Assembly: GCA_016716275.1 (NCBI GenBank)
Contig: JADJWR010000002.1
Span: 525,662-589,661 of the forward strand
Length of the DNA stretch: 64,000 nt
Reading direction: 5' to 3'
From: Burkholderiales bacterium
GTDB lineage: Bacteria; Pseudomonadota; Gammaproteobacteria; Burkholderiales; Burkholderiaceae_F
Position numbers and translations under genes: made by a program. Positions 1 to 7,984 of this stretch are shown in pieces (position 1 is the stretch's first letter; the number at the start of each line of letters is the position of its first letter). The notes beneath the pieces are model-generated. The model saw only the letters and a program-made list of their open reading frames with translations. It was not told the DNA's origin and searched no databases.

Positions 1-478
1 GCTTGGAGTTGGTCAACTCGCGGAAGCCGTTCTCGCCCCAGGCCAGCGGCACCACGCCCTGCTTATCCAGGATGCCGAACAGGTCCTTGCCGACCGCGCC
101 CTGCGTCAGCGCGTCGATCGCCCGGTAGTCGGGCATCAGGAACGGCAGCGAGAAAAGATTCAGCTCCTTGACCTGAGGCGACCAGTTGATGGTCGAGCCG
201 ATCGCCATGTCGATGATCCCCTGGCGGATCGCCGTGAACTCGCGCGTCTGGTCGCCCTGCACCAGCGATACGCCGGGATACAGCTTCATGTTGATGCGGC
301 CGTTGGTCCGCTGCCTGACCAGGTCGATCCAGATCTCGGCGCCCTTGCCCCACGGGAAGGCGGTGCCGACCACCGTCGATACCTTGTACTCGGGCTTGTA
401 GTTCTGCGCCTGCGTCGCGCCGCCGAAGGCGAGGCCGGCGGCGGTGGCCAGGGCGATGAAAAGCTGTCTGCGTTGCAT
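1..478 (-). CDS. TRAP transporter solute-binding protein (DctP family), N-terminal part; gene runs off the window start
   Basis: Own reverse translation from ATG (complement of 476-478) gives MQRRQLFIALATAAGLAFGGATQAQNYKPEYKVSTVVGTAFPWGKGAEIWIDLV... It has a signal peptide, stays open to position 1, and lies directly downstream of the DctQ/DctM genes. It is absent from the ORF track because there is no stop in the window. Confidence 0.8.
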   Translation of the reverse strand, partial: MQRRQLFIALATAAGLAFGGATQAQNYKPEYKVSTVVGTAFPWGKGAEIWIDLVRQRTNGRINMKLYPGVSLVQGDQTREFTAIRQGIIDMAIGSTINWSPQVKELNLFSLPFLMPDYRAIDALTQGAVGKDLFGILDKQGVVPLAWGENGFRELTNSK

Positions 479-510
479 GGTGTCTCCGTTTGTCAGGGCG
501 TGTTGCGGGG

Positions 511-1788
511 TCAGTAGCCTAGCCGAGCGGGCAACCATAGCGCGAGCTGCGGAAAGGCCGCAACCAGCGCCAGTGCGCACAGCATCGAGAACATCATCCA
601 CAGCACCCAGCGCACGGTGGTCTCGACGCCGACGCCGGCGATGCGGGTGGTGACCAGCAGGTTCACCGCCATCGGCGGGGTGAACTGGCCGATCGCCATG
701 TTCATCGTCATCAGCACGGCGAACCAGGTCATGTCCCAGCCGAAGGCGTCGACCACCGGGATCAGGATCGGCAGGAAGATCAGGAAGATCGACGCCGCGT
801 CGAGCAGCATGCCGGCGACCAGCAGCAGCGCCATGATCATCGCCAGCATCAGCCACGGCTCCTGCGTGATGCCGAGCATCGCCCTGGCCATCGCGTCGAA
901 GGCGCCGAGAGTGGAGCCGGCGTGGGCGAAGATGCCGGCGCAGGCGATGATCAGCATCACCACCGCCGAGATCTCGGCCGAGTCGACCAGCACGCGGTAC
1001 AGCTTGCGAAAATCGAGCGTCCGGTAGACGACCGTGCCGACGAACAGGCCGTAGAACACCGCCACCACGGCCGCTTCGGTCGGCGTGAAGGCACCGGTGC
1101 GCAGGCCGCCGAGGATGATGACCGGCGCCGCGATGCCCCAGCTGGCGTCCTTCAGCACGGCGAGCAGGTTCTGCCGCTCGGCGTTGTCCTCGCTTCCCCA
1201 GCCGTACCTGCGGGCGAACAGCACCGCCGGCACCAGCAGCGAAAGCCCGGCCAGCACGCCGGGGATCATGCCGGCGGCGAACAGCGCCGGCACCGACACC
1301 TGCGGCACCAGCACGGTGAAGATGACGAAGGCGATCGACGGCGGGATCAGGATCGCCGTCGATCCGGCGGCGGCGATGATGCTGGCCGAGAACGCCGGCG
1401 GATAGCCCTGCCGCGTCATCGACGGCAGCATCACCATCGCCACCGCCGCGGCGTCGGCCGGCCCGGAGCCGGAGATGCCGCCGAGGAACATGCAGACGAT
1501 GATCGCCACCGCGCCCTGCGCGCCGCGGCGCGGACCGATCAGCGCGGCGACGAAGGCGACCAGCTTGGCCGCCACGCCGGCGCGCTCGAAGATCATGCCG
1601 GCGAGGATGAACACCGGCAGCGCCAGCAGCGGGTACTTGGCGAGGCTCGAGTAGACGTTGGCGGCGATCGACATCGCGCCGAGTTCGGCGGCCAGGATCA
1701 CCACCGCGCCGCTTATCCCCAGCGCGGTGGCCAGCGGCACGCCGGCCAGCAGCAGCAGCAGGAAGCCGCCGAACAGGACGGCGCTCAT
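511..1788 (-). CDS. TRAP transporter large permease subunit (DctM family)
   Basis: 425-aa polytopic membrane ORF with a typical DctM N-terminus (MSAVLFGGFLLLLLAGVPLATALG). It overlaps the upstream DctQ-like ORF by 4 nt. Confidence 0.9.
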   Translation of the reverse strand: MSAVLFGGFLLLLLAGVPLATALGISGAVVILAAELGAMSIAANVYSSLAKYPLLALPVFILAGMIFERAGVAAKLVAFVAALIGPRRGAQGAVAIIVCMFLGGISGSGPADAAAVAMVMLPSMTRQGYPPAFSASIIAAAGSTAILIPPSIAFVIFTVLVPQVSVPALFAAGMIPGVLAGLSLLVPAVLFARRYGWGSEDNAERQNLLAVLKDASWGIAAPVIILGGLRTGAFTPTEAAVVAVFYGLFVGTVVYRTLDFRKLYRVLVDSAEISAVVMLIIACAGIFAHAGSTLGAFDAMARAMLGITQEPWLMLAMIMALLLVAGMLLDAASIFLIFLPILIPVVDAFGWDMTWFAVLMTMNMAIGQFTPPMAVNLLVTTRIAGVGVETTVRWVLWMMFSMLCALALVAAFPQLALWLPARLGY

Positions 1789-2303
1789 CGGCGCCGCGCC
1801 ACGCGGACCAGGCGGCCGGCGATGCGCGCGACGATCAGCACCGCCAGCACCGTCAGCCAGATCGAGTACACCGCCTGCGGGATGCCGAGCCCGGGGCTGG
1901 TCGTCTCGTACTGCCAGTCGTCGAGGAAGAAGCGCCAGCCGTACCAGGCCACCATGGCGAACAGCGCCGCCGACAACGCCATGCCGGCCAGCTCGAGCGC
2001 GAAGCGCGCCGCCGCCGGCAGCTTGAGCACGAAGAAGTCGACCCGGATGTTGCGGTCGCGGGCGAACGCCGCGGCGGCGCCGACCAGCGTCAGCACCACC
2101 AGCAGGAACACCGAGATCTCCTCGGTGAAGGCGAACGAGGCGTTGGTCAGGTAGCGCACCACCACGTTGGCGAAGGTGATCACGCAGATCAGCGCCATCG
2201 CCGCGGCGGCGATCGCCTCCTCGATGCGGATCGTCACCCGCGGCGTGTTGCGTGGATCCGGCGCCGTTGCGTCGCCGTGCTGCTCATCCGTCGGGCTCGA
2301 CAT
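1785..2303 (-). CDS. TRAP transporter small permease subunit (DctQ family)
   Basis: 172-aa ORF with four hydrophobic segments, overlapping the start of the DctM gene. The Q-M-P order is consistent with a TRAP operon. Confidence 0.8.
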   Translation of the reverse strand: MSSPTDEQHGDATAPDPRNTPRVTIRIEEAIAAAAMALICVITFANVVVRYLTNASFAFTEEISVFLLVVLTLVGAAAAFARDRNIRVDFFVLKLPAAARFALELAGMALSAALFAMVAWYGWRFFLDDWQYETTSPGLGIPQAVYSIWLTVLAVLIVARIAGRLVRVARRR

Positions 2304-2363
2304 CGGTGTTCCTGTGAATCTTTGCTGCAGCAGGCGATTCTAGTGACGGTGTGCGAGCAGTCG

Positions 2364-2417
2364 CCCGTCCGGTGTGGGGTGCAGTTTCCCGTCCGGTGTG
2401 GGTCCGGTGTGGGGTGC
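2364..2417. repeat. Short tandem direct repeats (CCCGTCCGGTGTGGGGTGC-like, three copies)
   Basis: Copies at 2364-2382, 2388-2403 and 2404-2417, read directly. The location is intergenic. Confidence 0.7.
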
Positions 2418-2418
2418 C

Positions 2419-2490
2419 GTCGCCCCGGCGCAGGCCGGGGCCCAAGTGGTCAGCGCGTCGAAATTGGGCCCCGGCCTGCGCCGGGGCGAC
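2419..2490. repeat. REP-like palindromic element: perfect 27-bp inverted repeat with an 18-nt loop
   Basis: GTCGCCCCGGCGCAGGCCGGGGCCCAA (2419-2445) and its exact reverse complement (2464-2490). It lies just after the stop of the E1 beta gene. A diverged copy is at 21748-21818. Confidence 0.85.
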
Positions 2491-2497
2491 GTATGCC

Positions 2498-3493
2498 CTA
2501 TTTGGCCGTCAGCCACTCCCGCACGCACGCCGCGATCTTCGGCGCATCGACCCGTGCGACCGCTTCCAGCGTCGGCGCGTAGCCGACCGGGATGCGCGGC
2601 GCGCCGAGCCGCTTGACCGGGCAGCCGAGCTGCTCGGCCACCGTCGCTGCCACCTCTGCGCCGAAGCCGGCGGCCTGCACCGCCTCGTGGGCGACCAGCA
2701 GCCGCCTGGTCCTGGCGCAGGAGGCGAGCACTGCGTCGCGGTCCCACGGCCACAGCGTGCGCAGGTCGATCACCTCGACCGCGATGCCCTCGGCGGCGAG
2801 CGACTCCGCGGCGGCCAGCGACTCGTGCAGCGTGCGCGACCAGGTGACCAGTGTCAGGTCGCCTCCCTGGCGGGCGACGCGCGCCCTGCCGAGCGGCACG
2901 GCGCGCGCCGTGTCGACCTCGCCTTCCAGCCCCCACAGTTCCTTGTGTTCCAGGTAGACCACCGGATCGCCGCAGTCGAGCGCCGCGGCCAGCAAGCCGT
3001 GGTTGTCCTGCGGCGTGGCCGGGCAGACGACCACCAGCCCCGGGATGTGGGCGAACCACGCCTCCAGGCTCTGCGAGTGCTGGGCGGCGGACGCCGACCA
3101 CAGGCCGATCGGCATCCGCGCCACCAGCGGCACCCGGCCCTGGCCGCCGAACATGTAGCGGTTCTTCGCCGCCTGGTTCACCAGTTCGTCCATGCCGCAC
3201 AGCGCGAAGTCGATCACCCGCATCTCGACCACCGGCCGCAGGCCGGCCAGCGCCATGCCGACCGCCGCACCCATGATGTTGGCCTCCGAGATCGGCGTGT
3301 CGACGATCCGCGCGGCGCCGAATTCCTGCTGCAGCGGCCGCAGCGCGCCGTCGGCGGCGCGGCTGCGGTACTGGCCGAACACGCCGCCGCGGCCGAGGTC
3401 CTCGCCGACGGCAACCACCCGCGGGTCTGCGCGCATCGCCGCGGCCAGCGCCTCGCCGGCCGCCGCGGCGTAGGTCATGCGGCTCAGTGCCAT
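2498..3493 (-). CDS. TPP-dependent 2-oxoacid dehydrogenase E1 component, beta subunit
   Basis: ATG at complement of 3491-3493 (MALSRMTYAAAAGEAL...). Transketolase-like motifs are present (IVDTPISE, AAQHSQSLEAWFAHIPGLVVVCP). The 601-aa track ORF is this gene plus a spurious Arg-rich upstream extension. Confidence 0.9.
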   Translation of the reverse strand: MALSRMTYAAAAGEALAAAMRADPRVVAVGEDLGRGGVFGQYRSRAADGALRPLQQEFGAARIVDTPISEANIMGAAVGMALAGLRPVVEMRVIDFALCGMDELVNQAAKNRYMFGGQGRVPLVARMPIGLWSASAAQHSQSLEAWFAHIPGLVVVCPATPQDNHGLLAAALDCGDPVVYLEHKELWGLEGEVDTARAVPLGRARVARQGGDLTLVTWSRTLHESLAAAESLAAEGIAVEVIDLRTLWPWDRDAVLASCARTRRLLVAHEAVQAAGFGAEVAATVAEQLGCPVKRLGAPRIPVGYAPTLEAVARVDAPKIAACVREWLTAK

Positions 3494-4503
3494 TGGCCCG
3501 CTCCGGTGCTGATCACGTCGCCGAAGGCCGCCTGCGCAGCGGGCCAGGGCGCCGCGTCGGCCGTCGCCAGCGCCTGCGCGATCTCGCCATTCACCTCGCC
3601 GTCGATCGCCGCGGTCGCGGCGGCCTCGCCGAGCGAAGCAAGAAGGGCGCGCAGGCGCAGCAGCGGATCGTCCTGCCGCGCCTGCTCGACTTCGTCCGCG
3701 TCGCGGTACAGGCCCGGGTCGACCGACACGTGGCCCTTGATCCGGTAGGTGATCGCGTGCAGCAGCGCCGGAGCGCCGGTTCGCACCCGAGTCACCAGTT
3801 CGCCGGCGACGTGGTCGACCGCCTCGACGTCGTTGCCGTCGACTTCGTGCGCCTCGATGCCGAGCGAGCGCGCCCGCGCCGCCGCGCCGCTGCCTGCGGT
3901 GAGCGAGCGGGTCGGCGTGGTGGCGGCGATGCGGTTGTCCTCGCAGACGAACAGTACCGGCAGGCCGTAGACCTGCGCCCAGTTCAGGCCCTCGAGGAAC
4001 GGCCCGCGGTTGATCGCGCCGTCGCCGAAGAAGCAGGCGACGATCGAATCGCGGCCCTGCAGCTTCAGCGCCTGCGCGGCGCCGGTGGCGATCGGGATGC
4101 CGGCGGCGACCACGCCGTTGGCGCCAAGCATGCCGACGCCGAAATCGGCGATGTGCATCGAGCCGCCCTTGCCGCCGTTGCAGCCGGTCGCGCGTCCGTA
4201 TAACTCGCACATCATCTTCGCCATGTCGGCGCCCTTGGCCAGCGTGTGGCCGTGGCCGCGGTGGGTCGAGGTCAGCAGGTCGTCGCGCCGCAGGTTGATG
4301 CACACGCCGGCGGCCACCGCCTCCTGCCCGGTCGACAGATGCAGCGGCCCGCGCACCTTGGCCGGGGTGGCCGACGCCTCGATGCCCCAGGCCTGCACGC
4401 CGCCCTGGCTGGCCGCCTCGGCCGCGTCCTCGAAGGCGCGGATGCGCGCCATCGTCCGGTAAAGCGCGAGCAGCCGCGTCGATCGTCCGGCTTGCTTTTC
4501 CAT
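3484..4503 (-). CDS. TPP-dependent 2-oxoacid dehydrogenase E1 component, alpha subunit
   Basis: ATG at complement of 4501-4503 (MEKQAGRSTRLLALYRTMARIRAFEDAA...). TPP-binding motif GDGAINRGPFLEGLNWAQVYGLPVLFVCEDN. Its stop overlaps the beta-subunit start by 10 nt. Confidence 0.9.
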   Translation of the reverse strand: MEKQAGRSTRLLALYRTMARIRAFEDAAEAASQGGVQAWGIEASATPAKVRGPLHLSTGQEAVAAGVCINLRRDDLLTSTHRGHGHTLAKGADMAKMMCELYGRATGCNGGKGGSMHIADFGVGMLGANGVVAAGIPIATGAAQALKLQGRDSIVACFFGDGAINRGPFLEGLNWAQVYGLPVLFVCEDNRIAATTPTRSLTAGSGAAARARSLGIEAHEVDGNDVEAVDHVAGELVTRVRTGAPALLHAITYRIKGHVSVDPGLYRDADEVEQARQDDPLLRLRALLASLGEAAATAAIDGEVNGEIAQALATADAAPWPAAQAAFGDVISTGAGQWH

Positions 4504-4624
4504 TTCGTTGACCCCACCTGTGAAGCTCGGCGCGTATTCTGCCTGCGCAGCGATCGACGGCTTCGCCTCACGGCGGCGCCGATCGCACGGGCGACGCTGC
4601 CGCGTGCCGAGGTGCCGGCTGGCC

Positions 4625-5317
4625 ATGCAGTTCGACGTTCCCGATCCGCGCTACACCCATTCCGTTCATTCGCGCGCCCTGCTCGGGCTGGCGCTGCGGC
4701 TGTCGATCGGCTTCGTCGCCGTGCTCTGGCTGATCCACCTGATGAACTGGGCGATGGCGCTCGATCCGCTGCCGTTCGGCGTGCGGCCGCGCGAGTGGCT
4801 CGGCCTCGTCGGCATCGTCACCGCGCCGCTGATGCACGGCGACTTCGGTCATCTGGTGGCCAACTCGGCGCCGCTGCTGGTGCTCGGCGCGGTGATGCTG
4901 TTCCTCTACCCGCATGCGGCGCTGCGGGTGCTGCCGGCCGTGTATTTCGGGCCGGGCCTGCTGGTGTGGCTGTTCGGTCGCGATTCGGTGCACATCGGCG
5001 CCAGCGGCCTGGTCTACGGGCTGGTCAGCTACGTGTTCGTCGCCGGACTGCTTCGCCGCGACCGCCGCGCGATCGCCGCCTCGCTGATGGTGGTGATGCT
5101 TTACGGGTCGCTCGCCTGGGGCGTGCTGCCGATCCAGCCGCGCACGTCCTGGGAGACCCACCTGGCGGCAGCGGTGCTCGGCGTGCTGATGGCGCTGGCG
5201 CTGCGCCGGCTAGATATCCCGCCGCGCAAGCGCTACGAGTGGGAGGACGAAGCCGATCAGCCGGAGGAGATTGCGGCGCGGTGGCGCGAGGTCGACCCAG
5301 GCGGGCGCCGGCAATGA
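4625..5317 (+). CDS. Rhomboid family intramembrane serine protease
   Basis: MQFDVPDPRY... with six hydrophobic segments. The catalytic-type GASGLVYG motif and a downstream TM histidine (ETHLAAAVLG) are present. ATG at 4625 is in frame with track ORF 4508-5317. Confidence 0.85.
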   Translation: MQFDVPDPRYTHSVHSRALLGLALRLSIGFVAVLWLIHLMNWAMALDPLPFGVRPREWLGLVGIVTAPLMHGDFGHLVANSAPLLVLGAVMLFLYPHAALRVLPAVYFGPGLLVWLFGRDSVHIGASGLVYGLVSYVFVAGLLRRDRRAIAASLMVVMLYGSLAWGVLPIQPRTSWETHLAAAVLGVLMALALRRLDIPPRKRYEWEDEADQPEEIAARWREVDPGGRRQ

Positions 5318-6075
5318 CTTCCGGTGCGCCGTCCTCGGCGGCGACCGTCACCTTCCGCTTCTACGAAGAACTGAACGACTTCCTGCCGCCGGCGCGTCGC
5401 AAGCGGGACTTCAGCGTCGCCTGCGCGAACGCCGCCACCGCCAAGCACATGATCGAGGCTCTCGGTGTGCCGCACACCGAGGTCGAGGTCGTGCTGGTCA
5501 ACGGCGAGTCGGTCGGCTTCGACCGGGTGCTGCGCGACGGCGACCGGGTGGCCGTCTATCCGAAGTTCGAGGCGCTCGACGTCACGCCGCTGCTTCGCGT
5601 GCGCGAGGCGCCGCTGCGCACGACGCGCTTCGTCGCCGACGCGCACCTCGGCGGCCTGGCGCGGCTGCTGCGGCTGGCCGGCTTCGACACGTTGTACGAG
5701 AACGGCTGCAGCGATGCACAGATCGAGTTGCGCGCGCGAGAAGAGGGCCGCATCGTGCTGACGCGCGACCGCGAGCTGCTGAAGCGGCGCGGCATCACGC
5801 ACGGCTGCTTCGTCCGCGCGCTGCGGCCGCGCGAGCAGCTGCGCGAGGTGATCGCGCGGCTGGATCTCTCGCGCAGCCTGCGTCCGTTCAGCCGTTGCCT
5901 GGCCTGCAACGAGTTGCTGGCGCCGGTCGACAAGGATGCCGTGTGTGACCGGCTGCCGCCGGACGTGCGCGACCGCCACGAGCGCTTCACTGCCTGCAGA
6001 GGCTGCGGGCGGATCTACTGGGAAGGCTCGCACTGGCGGCGGATGCGGACGATCGTCGAGGGGTTCGGCCGATGA
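5314..6075 (+). CDS. Ub-Mut7C / Mut7-C RNase-domain protein (ubiquitin-like N-domain, PIN-like domain, Zn-ribbon)
   Basis: MTSGAPSSAATVTFRFYEELNDFL... VYPKFE forms a beta-grasp-like N-terminus. It is followed by RFVADAHLGGLARLLRLAGFDTLY, LTRDRELLKR and CLACN...CRGCGRIYWEGSHW. The ATG overlaps the rhomboid stop (ATGA). Confidence 0.85.
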   Translation: MTSGAPSSAATVTFRFYEELNDFLPPARRKRDFSVACANAATAKHMIEALGVPHTEVEVVLVNGESVGFDRVLRDGDRVAVYPKFEALDVTPLLRVREAPLRTTRFVADAHLGGLARLLRLAGFDTLYENGCSDAQIELRAREEGRIVLTRDRELLKRRGITHGCFVRALRPREQLREVIARLDLSRSLRPFSRCLACNELLAPVDKDAVCDRLPPDVRDRHERFTACRGCGRIYWEGSHWRRMRTIVEGFGR

Positions 6076-6130
6076 GCGCGGCCGGCGAGGCGCCGGCGAC
6101 CGGCCGCACTGTGCGGGCAGTCGCCGCCGA

Positions 6131-6391
6131 CTAGGCGGCAACGCCGTCGCGCTGCCCGAGTTCCTGCACCAGGAAGGCCGGTATCGCCTCCAGTCCGGCC
6201 ATCAGCGCCGCGCGCCAGCGACGCTCGCCGTGCACGATGACGTAGCCCTGCGCCGTCGGCCGGAGCAGGACGGGCCGGAGCACGCCGCGCTCGCGGATGT
6301 CGGCGGCCAGCGGCTCGACCTCGTGCGGACGGTAGCCGTCGCTCTTGGGATCGGGGGCGATTTCGCTGCAGCGAACTTGCTTCAGGTGCAT
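6131..6391 (-). CDS. Small ParB N-terminal (ParB/Srx fold) domain-only protein, 86 aa
   Basis: MHLKQVRCSEIAPDPKSDGYRPHEVEPLAADIRERGVLRPVLLRP...VIVHGERRWRAALMAGLEAIPAFLV contains the GERR arginine patch. GGAGG lies 6 nt upstream of the ATG (complement of 6389-6391). Confidence 0.65.
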   Translation of the reverse strand: MHLKQVRCSEIAPDPKSDGYRPHEVEPLAADIRERGVLRPVLLRPTAQGYVIVHGERRWRAALMAGLEAIPAFLVQELGQRDGVAA

Positions 6392-6558
6392 GCGACCTCC
6401 GGGCAGACTGCGCAACGAGGACCGGATGGGGCCCGCTGCGCAGTGTGCATGCCCGCTTGTTAACGGATGATTACCCGCGCTGCCGTCTTTGCGCGAATCC
6501 GTCGGCATTCGGGGATCCTCGCGGGCCCCAGTTAACGTGACCCGAGGCTGTGGCGGGC

Positions 6559-6587
6559 AAAAAAAACGGCGCCGGGTTGCGGCGCCG
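6559..6587 (-). terminator. Rho-independent terminator of the two-component operon
   Basis: On the minus strand there is an 8-bp GC stem (CGGCGCCG, 5-nt loop, CGGCGCCG) followed by T8 (plus-strand A8 at 6559-6566). It lies 66 nt downstream of the kinase stop. A second 8-bp hairpin is at 6604-6627. Confidence 0.8.
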
Positions 6588-6652
6588 AACTATCTTGTGA
6601 GGGCAGTCCGGCCGCGAAACCGGACTGCAGGACGGACTGTACGAGGCGAAAC

Positions 6653-7984
6653 TTAAGGGCGACTTATGGCAGCCGCCGCGCCGGTCGGCACCCGGAAGCC
6701 GACCGTCAGCCCCGTTCCGCCCGGGCCGTCGCCGATGAAACTGTCGCCGCCGTGCAGGCGGGCCACCTGGCGGACGATCGCCAGCCCGAGCCCGCTGCCC
6801 GGGGCGCGGCTGTCGCGGCCACGGTAGAAGCGGTCGAACACGCGGCTTCGCTCGTCGGCCGGCAGGCCCGGCCCGCTGTCGCTCACCGCGAGCCGCCAGC
6901 CGTCTGCGTCCTGCCGCAGCGCCAGCTCGACCTCGCCGCCGGCAGGGGTGTAGCGCAACGCATTGTCGAGCAGGTTGGTCACCGCCATGCGCAGGGCGGC
7001 CTCGTGGCCCAGCGCAGGGGCGGTGGCCGGCAGCGCCAGCCGCAGCGCGATCTGCGCGCGCTCGGCGAGGCCGGTCAGTTCGTCGGCGACCTCGCGGCCG
7101 AGCTTCGCCAGGTCCACCGGCGCGGCGGGCGCCCGCGCCGCATCGGGTTCCAGCCGCGCCAGCGCGAGCAACTGTGCCACCAGCTGGCTGGCGCGCTTCA
7201 CGCCGGCCTCCAGCTTCTCCAGGGCGGCGTCGCGCTGCGGCCCGTCCGGCGCCCGCCGCGCCAGTTGCGCCTGCAGCGTCACCGCGGCCAGCGGCGTGCG
7301 CAGCGCATGCGCGGCATCGGCGGTCAGCGCGCGCTGCTGCTCGAAGGCCTCCTGCAGGCGCTGCAGCAGGCCGTTGAGCGCCGCCACCATCGGCTGCGCC
7401 TCCTCGGGCAGCGGCTCGAGTGCCAGCGGCGTCAGCGACGCCGGCTGCCGCTGTGCCAGCTGTCCGCCGAGGTCGTCGAGCGGCCGCAGCGCGCGGCCGA
7501 CGATCCACCACAGCAGCGCCGCGCCGACCGGCAGCAGCAGCAGCAGCGGCGCCAGCAGGCGCAGCGCGATGGCCAGCGCCTGCGCCCGGCGCTGCGCGAC
7601 CGGCTGCGCCACCTGGATCAGCTGCACCTCGTTGGGCAGCGCGTAGACGCGCCAGCGGCTGCCGGCGTGCTCGAGGTCGCGGAAGCCTTCGGTTGCCGCG
7701 CGCGGCAGCGGCGCCACGTCGCGCGAGCGGTACGGCTGCTCGCGGCGGGCGTCGTCGACCTGTACCAGCAGGCGCTGCTCGGGCCGCTCGGCCGATCGCT
7801 CGATGCGCTGGGTGTCCAGCCGCGCGTGGTCGCGCAGCGACAGCGCCACCTGGCGCATCTCCTCGTCGAGCAGCAGGTCGATCTGCTGCCGCGCCACCGC
7901 GTAGGTGAGGGTGCCGCCGATCGCCGCCGCCAGGCCGAGCAGGGCCAGCAGCGCGACCAGCAGCCGGCGGCGGATCGACCGCAT
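6653..7984 (-). CDS. Sensor histidine kinase (QseC/PmrB-like: two TM segments, HAMP, HisKA, HATPase)
   Basis: MRSIRRRLLVALLALLGLAAAIGG..., H-box ADAAHALRTPLAAV, N/G boxes LLDNALRYTP and GSGLGLAIV. The start overlaps the regulator stop (ATGA at 7984). Confidence 0.9.
   Translation of the reverse strand: MRSIRRRLLVALLALLGLAAAIGGTLTYAVARQQIDLLLDEEMRQVALSLRDHARLDTQRIERSAERPEQRLLVQVDDARREQPYRSRDVAPLPRAATEGFRDLEHAGSRWRVYALPNEVQLIQVAQPVAQRRAQALAIALRLLAPLLLLLPVGAALLWWIVGRALRPLDDLGGQLAQRQPASLTPLALEPLPEEAQPMVAALNGLLQRLQEAFEQQRALTADAAHALRTPLAAVTLQAQLARRAPDGPQRDAALEKLEAGVKRASQLVAQLLALARLEPDAARAPAAPVDLAKLGREVADELTGLAERAQIALRLALPATAPALGHEAALRMAVTNLLDNALRYTPAGGEVELALRQDADGWRLAVSDSGPGLPADERSRVFDRFYRGRDSRAPGSGLGLAIVRQVARLHGGDSFIGDGPGGTGLTVGFRVPTGAAAAISRP

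Noticed and set aside
922-2154. 410-aa plus-strand ORF antisense to the DctM and DctQ genes. Similar long ORFs occur at 2351-3748, 6471-8024, 19528-21855, 23797-25806, 28116-31010, 31948-34062, 40049-42925, 46107-48887, 53785-56238 and 61418-63892.
   Set aside because: Their translations are Arg/Ala/Gly/Pro/His-rich low-complexity strings with no recognisable motifs. Each lies opposite or out of frame to a gene with clear family signatures. Long spurious ORFs of this kind are expected in very high-G+C DNA.
2364-2417. Tandem repeats as a possible CRISPR array.
   Set aside because: There are only three short (14-19 nt), contiguous, imperfect copies with no spacers and no cas genes nearby.
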